From Octopus sinensis (Eukaryota): a stretch of 64,000 bases of DNA. Positions 42,536 to 55,869 of the stretch are shown one piece after another. The translations under genes and the position numbers were made by a program. Each line of letters begins with the position of its first letter. The first letter of the stretch is position 1. A model generated the notes under the pieces. The model was not told the origin of the DNA. It saw only the letters and a program-made list of their open reading frames with translations, and did no database searches. Location: assembly GCF_006345805.1 (NCBI RefSeq), contig NC_043004.1, positions 62,558,001 to 62,622,000 on the forward strand, in the 5' to 3' direction.

Positions 42536-42917
42536 AACATGGTGTCCCAAAAGTAACTGTTGAGTTTCTATTTTTAAAAACTTCCATGACTTTACAAATA
42601 AATGAATGAAATATTGGGTACAATATAAAGGGCATAATGGGAACACATATGCAAATTTTCAAACACCACTACATCACATATGAAAAATAACATCGCTTAA
42701 ATGGCAGCAATTTTTGGCTTCGCACGCCTGTACTATTTCCAAAGCTGGCAGCATTAAACCCTCAAGAGTTTCAGACCCGAACTCTCTGGTTCCTCTTTTG
42801 TGCATATCAATTCCCATTATGTCATTTATAATGCATCAAAATTTCATGCATTTATCTGTAAAGTTAAGGTAGTTATTAAAAATCGAAACCTATCAATGAC
42901 ATTTGGGCCACCCTGTA
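42536..42917 (-). mobile_element. Tc1/mariner-type MITE or deletion derivative
   Basis: Terminal inverted repeats ACATGGTGTCCCAAAAGT...ATTTTTAA vs the reverse complement of the right end TACAGGGTGGCCCAAATGT...ATTTTTAA, about 80% identical over ~40 bp. TA at the right end. Confidence 0.7.
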
Positions 42918-43567
42918 GTAATATGTTGAAATGGAGATCGACTGCCTTTTCATTGAAGCTCTATGTCTAGACTAACGAATTTACTTCAACATAGCATACG
43001 CAGGATCTAATTTATTTATCCCTGGCATTTAATTATAATTGGAATAAATATTTGCTTTATATATTATGGAAATTTTTATGCCATTCAACATTAACACTTC
43101 TCAATTGAGGAACTCTTAAATATAACGTTGCACATATTATGTATTTTCCTCAAAAGCCTACAGTGAGCAATGTTAGTAGAACATATTTCCCATTGTAAAC
43201 CACGGGATTTTGCAAAAAATATTACCGAAAGAAAATACCAAGCTATACCAAAAGTTTTTAGGAATCTCCGATCTTATAGAAGTGGCATAGACTTTGACAT
43301 GCAGGATTTCCTTTCATTATTAATTTCGAAACGAGAGAAAAATGGTTCAGCTACTACTTCCAAGAGTTTATTAAACTAGATTCGTGGTCTGTATTCTTTA
43401 GAATTTATCGTTTTATCTAGAATGTGTAATTGATTTTCACTAACATCCTTCTCTAATCGTATGATTATTAGTTCTAGTCCGATGCACTCTAAATTGGAAT
43501 AATCAAATGACGCGTATATAACTCATATACACCTTACACACATATATACATTCATACATACATACAT

Positions 43568-43898
43568 GGAGGCGCATGGCTCAGTGGTTAGAGCGTCGAG
43601 CTTACGATCGTGAGGTTGTGAGCTCGAATCCCGGACCGAGCTGCGTGTTGTGTTCTTGAGCAAGACACTTTATTTCACGTTGCTCCAGTTCACTCAGCTG
43701 TAGAAATGAGTTGCGACGTCACAGGTGCCAAGCTGTATCGACCTTGTCTTTCCTTGGATAACTGGTGGCGTGGAGAGGGGAGGCGGTATGCATGGGCGAC
43801 TTCTGGTCTTCCATAAAACAACCTTGCCCAGACTTGTGCCTCAGAGGGTAACTCTCTAGGTGCAAACCCATGGTCACTCATGACGAAGGGGGTCTTTT
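43568..43898 (+). mobile_element. tRNA-derived SINE family E
   Basis: Head GGAGGCGCATGGCTCAGTGG and core shared with the 27482 copy up to AAATGAGTTG. It then has a different tail ending GTCACTCATGACGAAGGGGGTC. Confidence 0.88.
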
Positions 43899-43959
43899 AC
43901 ATACATACATGTACACACACACTTATGCACACATACGTATTTACATATACGTGTATATA

Positions 43960-44045
<86 letters not shown>

Positions 44046-44151
44046 AATATGTATATATATATATAATATGTATATATATATATATATATATATCTATATA
44101 TATATATGTAGTATGTATATGTATGGATGTAATATATATATATATATATTG

Positions 44152-44183
<32 letters not shown>

Positions 44184-44203
44184 TATGTATGTAATATATA
44201 ATG

Positions 44204-44235
<32 letters not shown>

Positions 44236-44258
44236 ATGTATATATATATTATATATAT

Positions 44259-44289
<31 letters not shown>

Positions 44290-44769
44290 ATCTATGTATG
44301 TATGTATATATATGTATGTATGTATATATATGTAGTAGTATATAGATATGATAATATATATATACATATATATATATTATTATATATATATATATATAAT
44401 ATATATATATAAACGTACCTACACAGTGTTCTTGATAAATTGACGATGTTTATAAAATTCTTTTTCATGAAATCTTTGATATGTTAGTGTAAACTAACGG
44501 CGTTATAATTGGCAACAAGTTAGCTGACATAGAGGACTGCAAACCATCCGAAGATTGGAAAAAAAAGAGTTACGTATATTATTATTTTTTGCGCCAGATA
44601 TCAAAATGCCGGCGACATGACTGCTGCTCTCTACTCTGTGAACAAAGAAATCATTGTAAGACGTGATACGGATAGTTTCAATGCAGCCTACGAAGGTGTA
44701 GCAAGCAGGAAGTAGTATAGCAGGCGTTCCGAATACGTCTGCATACCGGGATTCATCTAGCAACTGCAG

Positions 44770-45010
44770 GACCGCGTGATAAAATACCCGTGTATTGCGA
44801 GGGTCACCATTATGAAGCTAACTCTGAATACATGGAATGCAAGTTTCCTAAAACCCTGATGGTCTTTGAATGTGTCAGTGGTGAGGGTGACACCATGACA
44901 ACCCAAGATATTGAATAGACGTTTTGGCTCAATTTAGACGGCAGTATGACATTGGACCGTTTGAGCGCTAAGTGCCTCTAATAGTGACAATCTCTGGTTA
45001 TCATCTGTTA
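44770..45010 (+). mobile_element. mariner (maT/DD37D-like) remnant
   Basis: KFPKTLMVFECVSGEGDTM resembles the KFPATVMVFGCVSSEGDVM motif of this group. The fragment appears rearranged. Confidence 0.45.
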
Positions 45011-45038
45011 ACCATTAATGTGTTTGTGCGTGTATGTA

Positions 45039-45085
<47 letters not shown>

Positions 45086-45155
45086 GCCATGATAGATCGA
45101 TAGCCACGACACAATTTTTTTTTGCTCTCCTTGTTCTTTTTATTTTCTCTGTCCC

Positions 45156-45189
45156 TTTCTGTAGAAGAGCGAAGGCTCGAAACGTAAAA
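45156..45189 (+). ncRNA. Degenerate hammerhead-like motif (core CTGTAGA)
   Basis: TTT-CTGTAGA-A-GAGC GAAG GCTC-GAAAC-GTA-AAA. A6 is replaced by U. Confidence 0.45.
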
Positions 45190-45285
45190 TACATTTTCTA
45201 TTCCTGAGCGTTATACTAATACATCTGTTTTGTTTTGTACACCACCTATCTTCGTCTTTTGTTTTTTGTTTTTTTCGTGAACTCT

Positions 45286-45345
<60 letters not shown>

Positions 45346-47201
45346 TTCATGCAAACACACAGAAACATGGGGATAGATAGACAGACAGATAGACAGATAG
45401 ATACGCAAGTATAGTTACATAAGTACAATGCAGGACTGTGGTGTCTGGTGTTCGTGTTGCTGTTTGGCAATAGAAATAACCCGACGCAACACACGCTTAT
45501 ATGTAGTATCGTTTTATCTATTATCATTTCATTGATCTCACAAGCATTATCTTTTATGTGCTACTAAGTTTTCTTATGTCCAAGTGTCTTGGGTGTACTT
45601 ATTGAGAGGTTTGCTTCCTATATTATTCTTGAGTAACGTGTTCCACTTTATCGTTAGATTTACACATTCTGGAAGAAATTATATCGCCTTTCTATCTATG
45701 TGGACGATCTGCAATTTGTTAATTTCCCTGTAGTTTGTATAACTCGTCTTTACATTAGCAGTGGGCGCCTGATGCAACAGAAATAACTATAGCAATTTCA
45801 AACTGTCGTGCGTTGCGTTTGAAAATTATATGTATTAGTTTTCAACCAGACAATACGTAACATTGATGGAAACTCCTACCTGCTGGTATTTCAACAATGG
45901 CGATAACGAATCGCTCAAAGTGATTTACTTTGGTTATTATTTCTGTATTATTTTGTAATATGGTTTACCAGACGATACGAAAATACGTTCATATTTCTGC
46001 AAAGTAAATTTATTCAAACCGATATATCTCAAAAAAGTGTTATTATGCAGTCTTGCTTTGATTAAATCAATATCAAACACTAATTGGTTTAGACAATTTC
46101 TTCTTGTCCTTTTGTGTTCTGGAACGAAATATCTTTAGACAACCTCCATCTGTTTTCTGCTTACAATCTCGATATATAGCAATCATTTGCTAATAGCATT
46201 GCAGCTGTTGGCTTGCGCCAACATTCAGTATTCGATGAATAACGACTTTGGTTCACGGGCAGAACCATTAGAATCACATATTAAATTTTATAAACACCAA
46301 CGACTTCATTTCACATCATATCGAGACTTCCATTACCTGTCATCCGACTGTTGTTCGACAATATTAAGGATGAGTGGTCATGAGGAAACATTTGGTCGGC
46401 TATTCTATCCTGCAACTCTGAGACGAATGATAATTGAAATTTAGGGTAATTCCAATGAACTGTCTATCAGTATACGGCATTGCCATCGACTCCATCAGAC
46501 TAAATTATCACCATCACATAGGAGACAGTTCAATCAATGAATTAGACGCTAGTTTTTGGTCATATCCATTCAATTAAAGAGTTAATTCCCGTAACTTGTC
46601 AACCCATTCGCTGTGGATTAGATGCGAATGAGCTCGAAGATTTAGACGTAAAATCGCTCATTTCTTACTCGATCAATTCGATTATGTCAAGAAATCTCCA
46701 ACAGAGTGCGCTTTTACGTAAGGATAAGAAAAATGTGTGAGTATGAGAGAGAAGAGAGAATGTTGACTGTGTGTGTGTGGGTGGGTTCTAAGTTTGTAAG
46801 TGTATGTGTTTGTGTATGTGTGTGCGCGTGTGTGCAGAATATAAATAATGCATATGTTTGCGCATATAATCAAATGGTTTTAAAACCTAATCAGTATTTG
46901 TATCCCTATGCATTAAATAAGTGTTATGGTATGTGAACTTGATAAGAAAATAGGAACAGAGAAGCAAAAATAATTTCGATTAGACTGCAATCATCATAAA
47001 ATGACATCAATTTCTATTCTTAGGGGTAGATTACACTATTTGTGCAAAGAATGGAGTTAACTGCAGGAAACTTCATTCAATAATTTTGCACTGCGAATAT
47101 TCGTTAAAGTATTTAAATTGCGGTTAATTAACAATAAAGTATTATGGACATACATAATTAAGATCTTATTCTAGTTCAAATCAATTCATATATATATATA
47201 T

Positions 47202-47756
47202 CCTCCACATCAAATGGCAGAATCATATCTCTAACAAAGATGTCCTCAGGCAAGCAGGAATACCAAGCATGTTTGCACTCCTCACACAAAGACGTATGGG
47301 TATGTTAGCCGTATGAAAGATGGCAGAATTCCAAGGACATACTCCACGGAGAGCTTGCTAGGGGTACTAGGTCTGTGGGTAGACTGTTCTTACGTTACAA
47401 GGATGTTTGCAAAATGGACAGGAATGCCTGTGGCATCGATTTTGGCGGTTGGGAGGCGGTTGCCGGCAACCGTGGAGAATGGCGATGTACAGTAAAAGAG
47501 GGAATACACAGGAGTGACAGAGAGAAAGAGGAGAAATGGAAAGACAAGAAAATACGTCAACAAGAAACTATGGCATTGCAACCAGCCAGGAACAGTCTTC
47601 GCTACATTTGCGGTACCTGCCAGAGGGAGTGTTTGTCCAGGATATGATTACACAGCCACAGCAGGAAATGTATCAGGACATGAAATGTAAAAGCCGAACT
47701 AGACTACTTTATGCGCAACTCCATTGTCTCCCGAGACAAAAAGGATGTCAACAATC

Positions 47757-47760
<4 letters not shown>
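47202..47760 (+). mobile_element. RTE (BovB-like) LINE 3' end
   Basis: LHIKWQNHISNKDVL, RMKDGRIP, LRYKDVCK.DRNACGIDFGGWEAVAGNRGEWR, and C-terminal C2H2 YICGTCQRECLSRI.LHSHSRKC, followed by a short 3' UTR. Confidence 0.85.
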
Positions 47761-47789
<29 letters not shown>

Positions 47790-48501
47790 TCCAACCACGC
47801 TTGGTGGTTCGCTAATTCCACAGTTCTTTTATAGGATCCGGTAGCTAGGGACGTCATCATGAGGAACCATGTCCGTTTACGGCCTCTATTCATTTAACGT
47901 TTTCCGACGTAGAGTGGCTCTTCCCATTCGGAGATGTCTTCAGCTCCGCTGTTGAGTGCGTTTGCTTTTTTCTGTGGTTCCGTCGTATTCCATGCAGCGT
48001 CAACGAATTTCAGCAGGCGAAGAATCACGCTGCTAAATTTCCCTTTAAACTCCCTCCAGCACGCAAGTGCGCAAACCTCATTTGGTCTACGTTAGAGGAT
48101 CCTCAGTGTACGTTGTGTATATTAGAAACAATGGATATGGAAGATAGTAAATACAGGAAATGTTATCGCACCGAGCGGTTCGACACATCCTGCACCGATC
48201 TCTCGTGCGTGTGAAAATATACAATTAATTACATTGCTTTATAATAATCTTATAATAAATTGCTGGCCCCGTGCTATAAAAAATGACAGCTACTGTAGTA
48301 TGTAAAAGTGTACAAAAGGTAAAAAAAGACAGTTCTTCAACAAAGGGTGAGTATGGGTGTGTGTGTGTGTGTGTGCATATTTTTACATTTATATTTATGA
48401 GTAGCACTGTCAGAGGCGAAAGCAGTTTTCCATTCTTTGTGACAGCCCGCTTCCTTCCTTTCTGAGTGTGTCTTTTTATTTATATGGATCTTTCCTTCTA
48501 T

Positions 48502-48536
48502 GTTTCCGACGAAGAGCTCCGCTCGAAACGTTAAAC
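48502..48536 (+). ncRNA. Hammerhead-like motif (core CCGACGA, U4C)
   Basis: Helix I GTTT/AAAC; CCGACGA plus A; stem II GAGC-TCC-GCTC; GAAAC; GTT triplet. It shares downstream TTCCTGAGCGTT with the 45156 element. Confidence 0.55.
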
Positions 48537-48634
48537 CCTCCTTCTTTCCTTCTTTCCTGAGCGTTCAATAATACTATATTTGTTCCACGTCCTCACGTTG
48601 TTGTGTTTTTTTGTGCTTTCTTGTTTGGGTTAAC

Positions 48635-48668
<34 letters not shown>

Positions 48669-48731
48669 ATATATTACGGAGATGTACTTGCATAGCGAGT
48701 GACTTGATCTGATATCGTTGGCTGGAACGAA

Positions 48732-49142
<411 letters not shown>

Positions 49143-49448
49143 GTTGGATGATTGTAGAGAAAGGAAGATAAAATTATAATTTTAGCAGAGAGCTGACGCT
49201 CTGATCGTTAAAGAAAAGTTAAAGACATGAAGAGAGAGAGGAGAGAGAGAGAGAGAGGAGAGAAAATAGGGAGAGGTTGTTTTGGTGGAATTCCCTTGTA
49301 ATTTTATTCCTTTTTGTGTTGGCCACTCCTGTCTCAGAAATTCTTTTTAGGTTGATTTCGTAACTGGGACGAGAAAGAGTCCTTGGCACCCTGGTAAACC
49401 TGCAGCCACTTCCCAATAACAATTCCACTTTTCATTGCTCACAGGAAG

Positions 49449-50764
49449 TTTCTTCTTCTTCTTCTTCTTCTTCTTCTTCTTCTTCTTTCTTCTTCTTCTT
49501 CTTCTTCTTCTTCTTCTTCTTCTTCTTCTTCTTCTTTTTATTTTCTTCTTTTTCTTTTTCTTCTTCTTCTTCTTCTTCTTCTTCTTCTTCTTCTTCTTCT
49601 TCTTCTTCTTCATATTTGTTAGGTGGTATGATTTCTTGTTTGTATTTGTCAGCTTCCTTAAATACTGAGAACACTTTTTGGGTTTGCTCGTGTTTTGCCG
49701 CTATTTTTATGAGTTTTCCTTCCTTCTGAAGTAGATATTTTTGCAGTTCTTTGGTGCTTATTTTATAATAGTTTTGCAGCTGTATAAGACCTCTATCAGC
49801 TTCTATACGTTGTACACATAGCTTTTCCATGTCAGATTTTGTGTGATGCATCCTAGATTCTGTCATTATTTTTCTTGTTTCTCTGTTTATTTTGGTTAGT
49901 TCATTTAGTGTCCAGTTCTGTAACTTATAACTTGGACAGCTAAAGTGTTAATACCTATTATTTTGTTTTTAGCATTGAACTCTGTTTTTAGTATTGATCT
50001 AACTCGCCTATAGTATTCTTTCTTTATTTTCTCTTTCACTTGTGTGTGTTGTGTCTTATCTACTTCATGGATTCCTAAGTATTTGTAAGTTTGGCTTTGG
50101 TCTAGTTCTTTAATTTCATTGGTTTTATCTGGTGTGATGTTGCTACTCTTAACTAATTTTCCCATTTTCAGGGTTACTTTGGCGCATTTTTCTAATCCAA
50201 ATTTCATATCTATTTCTTTGGTAAATCCATGAACTGTCTTTAATAGTGTTTCCAGCTGTTTATCATTTGCAGCGTATAGTTTTAGGTCATCCATATATAA
50301 AAGGTGGCTGATCGTTTTGCCGTAACATTTATATCCTCATCCATTTCTATTTACCATATCAGATAGAGGTGACAGTGGCAAGCAGAAAAGGAGTGGAGAG
50401 AGCGTGTCTCCCTGGAATATTCCTCTTCTAATGGGGATGGCTTTGGTTTTCACGAGTCCCTCTTTTGTTTGGAGCTGTAGTACTGTCTGCCATTTATTCA
50501 TAGAGTGCCCTATATATTCTATAATTGTGGGTGCTACCTTGTTAATGGGTAGTGTTTGGAGGAACCACGTGTGGGGGATGCTATCAAACGCCTTTTTGTA
50601 GTCAATCCAGGCCATACTAAGGCCTTTCTTCTTTCTGTTGCTGTCTCCAGTTATTGCTTTATTGATCATTAGTTGATCTGTAGAGCCATATGAGCCTTTA
50701 CGGCATCCTTTCTGCTCTTCTGGAAACATATAGTTTTCGTCCAGATGCTTGTTCAATCTTTGCA
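49449..50764 (-). mobile_element. R4/Dong-like LINE, family 1: RT core to poly-Glu tract, 3' end missing
   Basis: FPEEQKGCRKGS, WIDYKKAFDSIPH, IRRGIFQGDTLSPLLF, LLYMDDLKLYA and YKYLG. It ends in (GAA)n at 49449-49611. Confidence 0.92.
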
Positions 50765-50803
50765 TTATTATTATTATTATTATTATATTATTATTATTAT
50801 CAA

Positions 50804-50855
<52 letters not shown>

Positions 50856-50913
50856 ATTATTATTATATTATTATTATTATTATTATTATTATTATCATTA
50901 TTATTATTATTAC

Positions 50914-50993
<80 letters not shown>

Positions 50994-51006
50994 TATATTA
51001 TTATTA

Positions 51007-51051
<45 letters not shown>

Positions 51052-51233
51052 CATTATTATTATTATTACTATTATTATTATTATTAATATTATTATATTA
51101 TTATTATAGTTTTATTATTATTATTATCAATATCATTATTATTATTATTCTTATTACTATTATTTTTATTATCATCATTGTTATTATTATTAATATTATT
51201 ATTACTATTATTATCATTATTATTATTATTATT
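50763..51233. repeat. (ATT)n microsatellite between stacked LINEs
   Basis: Direct reading. It is the source of the poly-I/L/Y pseudo-ORFs. Confidence 0.95.
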
Positions 51234-52948
51234 CTATGTTTGACTTTTGCTTTATATTTGTACAAGTTGGCTCCAAGTCTCACCTAGAGACCTCAAGAGA
51301 CAACAGGTTGGAAATTCATGTTGTTGTTTTGCCTAGTGTGCCATATATTTGGTTTTTGGGGGTGTTGCACTAGTGAATGTCTATTACAAAAAGCGAAAAT
51401 TATGTTTGTTTTAAACCATGAGTTTACAAAGAAAGTATTTTGCGTGTGACATGAGCAGTTCACATGAACACTATCTTTTGAATTTCTGCCATTTTTGCGT
51501 TTCCTGTTATCTGAGTTAGGTAGCAATCAGCTCCTTTTGCTACAATTCCCAGGGCTCCAATGACAACAGGTGTTGTTTTAGTCTTCAGGTTCCACATTTT
51601 GCTGATTTCTATTTCAAGATCTTTATATTTGCTCAGTTTTTGGTAGGTCTTGACAGATACGTTTATATCGATTGAGACAGTCATCTCAATGTTCTTTGTC
51701 TGAAGCCTCTCAATATGATGTCTGGCCTATTTGCATCTATCTTCCTGTCAGTTTGAATGGTGAAGTTCCAGAGGAGTGAGATGTGGTCCTTTTGAAGCAC
51801 TGGGGGTGGTTTGTGTTCCCACCAGTTTTTTTTTTTCACGGGGCAAATCCAGGTTTGTGCAAATTACCAAGTGAATATATTGAGCAGCTCTATCATGCCT
51901 GTTGAGATACTCTGTTGGCGCTAGAAGACTGCAATTGGAAACAATATGATCAATGGTCTCATTTTGTTGTTGACATACACGACATGTTAGGCTATTGCCG
52001 TTCTTTAATATTTCGGCATGGTAATTTCTTGTTGGTAGGCATTCATTTTGAGCTGCTATAATAAACCCTTCTGTTTCAGATTTTCAGATCTTAAGCCAGA
52101 GGCCATTAGCCATTGATGAGTCAGGGCTTTGTCAACATCTGCATTATTCGCTCTCTTTGGGTATTTGTCATGGAGAGGTTTTTCTTGCCATTTATCATTC
52201 GGAATATCTAAGGCCGCAGTTTTAGCACGGGTTTTCATGAGCTTAGCTTTTTCTGTGCTTGTTTCTTATACGTCTAATTCCGAAATTTGTTGTATTCAGA
52301 ATTCACTTAGATAGTCCTTTGCCTGTTTTGTTACTGAGTATGATGCTTTCTTGTTTTCATGTTTTGAGACAAGTTTTAACATCCAGTCCTCAGAGTTTTT
52401 CAGGTAGGTGTCTAGGCCAATTGTAGCAATCTTCATTGTTATTGCCATTTGTAAAAGTCCACGGCCACCCTCTTTTCTTGGCAGATAAAGTCGTTCTGTA
52501 TCTGTCTTAGAGTGGTGCTTTCTATGCATCGTCAACAGTTTTCGTATTTTTCTGTCAAGATTATATATTTCAGTAATTGACCAGTTAACGATATTGAAAC
52601 TGTAAGTTACGACTGGTACAGCTAAAGCATTGATCGCTTCGATCCTGTTTCTCGCATTCAGCTCTGTCTTGAGTATTGCTCTTACTCTGCGATAACATTC
52701 TCTCCTGATCCTTTCCTTCATCACTGAATGCCTTATTCTGTCCCTTTCAATTACCCCTAGGTACTTGTAACTCTCCGCTGGGTCTAATTCTTTTATGACA
52801 TTCTGCTGGTCAAGGTTAACGTTAGATGTTTCTCTCATTTTTCCTTTGATAAAGGTAGCTTTTGCGCATTTATCGAGGCTAAATTGCATTCTGATGTCAT
52901 CACTGAATTGTTTAACGATCGCTAGTAAGCCCTTGAGTTGTTGGTCAT
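51234..52948 (-). mobile_element. R4/Dong-like LINE, family 2: 5'-truncated, RT end + CCHC + restriction-like endonuclease + 3' UTR
   Basis: MQFSLDKCAK, YKYLG, RLYLPRKEGGRGL, WQEKPLH, CRVCQQQNETIDH (CCHC), RPDII and KLSKYKDLEIE...PVVIGALG (RLE). Ends in (AAT)n. Confidence 0.92.
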
Positions 52949-52982
52949 TATTATTATTATGATCATTATTATTATTATTATT

Positions 52983-54092
52983 CAGTTAGTTTTCTTTTTA
53001 TAGCGTGCTTTCACTTCACTACCGAGCGCAGCTCTGTGTGCCTTGGGTATGTGCTGTGATTTGTTGTGTTGCTCTGATTGTTATTGTATGGAAAGTGTTC
53101 TGCGTAGGATGTGTGCAATGCCTAGTAGTGCAATTTTCTGTATGTTATAAGTGTTTGTAAGTCCTGGTGATTTTGTTATGTATTTGTCTGAATATTCTTT
53201 TTATCATGCCTAATTCACGTAGGAATTGTTTCTGTTTTTAGATTCCACATTCTGGTTACCTCTATTTCTAGGTCTTTGTATTTTGAGAGTTTCTCCATTT
53301 CTTTTAGAGACACGTTGTCGTCTGCCGGTATTGATACATCAATTAGAAAGCATTTTTTTCTTCATGATCCCTGACAACTATATCTGGCCTGTTGGCTTTA
53401 ATTTCTCTATCTGTGTGTTTATCGGCATATCCCAGCGTATGGTTGCTTTCTCGTTTTCTGTGACCTTTTCTGGTGTGTGCCTATACCATCTTTTTTCTGC
53501 TGTTATTCCATAATGTTGGCATAGCTTCCAATGTATGTAGGTTCCAACTCTGTCATGTCTGTGAATATATTCCTTCTTAGCCAGGACTGGGCAGCTAGAG
53601 ATAATATGATTTATTGTTTCTTGTCCATCTCCACATATTCTGCAGTTACTTGTTATATTTCTTTTCATTACATGTTTTTGGTAATTTCTGTTGGGGAGGC
53701 TTTGGTCTTGTGCTGCAATTAAAAATCCCTCTGTTTCTGCTTTGAGTCCTGAGCTTCTCAACCATTGTTGGGATTTTTCTTTGTCTATTTCTTTTGCGTT
53801 TAGTTTAGTCCAGTATTTACCATGAAGGGCCTTTTCTTGCCATCGTTTTATCATGGTTCGTTGCTGTTCTATTTTTAGCTTGGATTTCATTTGTTTTATA
53901 GCTTTTGTTGTTTCTTCTTTCTTCTTCTTCTTCTTCTTCTTCTTCTTCTTCTTCTTCTTCTTCTTCTTCTTCTTCTTCTTCTTCTTCTTCTTCTTCTTCC
54001 TTAAATACTGAGAATAGTTTTTTGTTTTGCTCGTGTTTTGCCGCTATTTGTATGAGTTTTCCTTCCTTCTGAAGTAGATATTTTTACAGTTT
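52983..54092 (-). mobile_element. R4/Dong-like LINE, family 1: 5'-truncated 3' half
   Basis: QKEGKLIQIAAKHEQ, (GAA)n, RWQEKALHGKYW, CRICGDGQETINHIISSC and HDRVGTYIHW (CCHC/RLE). The 3' UTR ends AACTAACTGAATAATAAT. Confidence 0.92.
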
Positions 54093-54833
54093 TTCTCAAC
54101 TTTCAAACGCAATGCTTTGCTTCACCCAGAAGCCAATACCATTCAAATTATCCATTTAACGAAAGCCTGTGTACGACTGAATTCGAAACTATATGGGAAA
54201 CGTTTATTTTGCATTAAACAGTGTTATCTCCACCTTGCTTACTCTAAGTAAAATGGAAATATGCTAATGGTGAAATCGCAATACACTAGATAGCGGATTT
54301 ATTATATTGATATTATACATCGAAACGATTGTCGAGAATGTTCAATGACCTATGAACAACAATATGAAACATTTTATGAAATATTATTCCTGATCTCCGT
54401 GAAAATCTTCGTTTGAAAGCTAGTGGTGTAGAGTTTATCATTTTCATAATAGTTTTCATGAGTCCATAATGCTTCCCGAATCAATATCATAGCATGAGAT
54501 ATAACAATAAGGCAAATTGCGTTATTTGGCTTTATGTAATTTATAAATGTTTGATGAGAGCAGATGGCACACGTCACTTCATTGTATATTCCAGAGAGAG
54601 AAAAAAAACGTATGTGGTTTTTTTATTGTTTTTTTATTTTATTTTACACGATGGTGACATACTGCAATCTACACTTACTACTTTCAATGACAGACAAATC
54701 CATAGGTTTAAGAGTTCGTATTATCACCAAGACAAATCAAATACATCGAAGAAGTAATTTGAAAGGAGCATTCCTATGTATGTATGTACATTATGGTATG
54801 TATAAATACATGTACATGTGTGGGTGTGTCTTT

Positions 54834-54867
<34 letters not shown>

Positions 54868-55869
54868 CGCGTGTCTGCATACTGGATATAAATAATTAAA
54901 CATAAATTTTAAATTTGAAGTTTAATAAGACATGGTTTCGTATGCGTAATACACCGAAGAAAATGAATGTGTAGATACATCGAAGTAATTTTTCCCCGTA
55001 TTTCTGGCATAAGACAAATATGATGCTGTTTGCGTGAACCTCTAATTAATGTTGACTGTACTTTTAAGGAGATCCATTTATAAAACAAGCATTATACACA
55101 ATACGCGCAAAATGAATACAAGTACATAAAGTTTAGATACAAGCATTTATTCATAGATAAAAATTATTTTGGGGTTTCCTTTCATAATATAATTAGTTTC
55201 TTTAAGCAGTAAAATAAGAAAATACAGAAATATTTTTAAATAATTTGTATAGAAATGTAAATCGACATAAAATTCTATAAAATTCACGAGATATTATTTA
55301 TGAAAATGTCAGTCATCCTATAATTAGAAATTAAGTATTTATATAAAATAACTATATCTAGTAAAATGATTCGTGTGACAGGCATTCCGAAAATATGCTA
55401 TTTAAATGATAATGAAAATGAAAACGTACTAAATTGTGTCATGAATAACAATCTTTATTCTATAATATCGATGCAAATTTTAATAGTAAATATATTATGT
55501 GGTTTTAATTCCATATGAAATATTTTGATTGTAGAATAATTATAGCCGGAAGAATTTTAGAATTCTATTACTGTGTAGTTTAAATGGCATAAATATGTCC
55601 AGGCGTATACTATTTGGGCTGCAGAGATTCTAGGTCAGTTACCAGGGTAAGGACAACTCTCGAAAGATATGAGTACTTCATAGTGTACATTGCTAATAAC
55701 AACTAAGGCGAATGTAAGGTTTTGTACGTTCATAAATAAATTTACTAACTCTTCCTTAATATAATTCTTTTAGCGTCAACGGAAGAGTGCAGATTACATT
55801 CTGAACGAAGTAGTGCAACATATGATATACTAGCAAATAAAGAAATACATACATATATAATTCATTTTG

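Noticed and set aside
47905-47925. PLYVGKR as an amidated neuropeptide C-terminus (minus strand)
   Set aside because: No start codon, signal peptide, repeated peptides or splice evidence. Likely chance.
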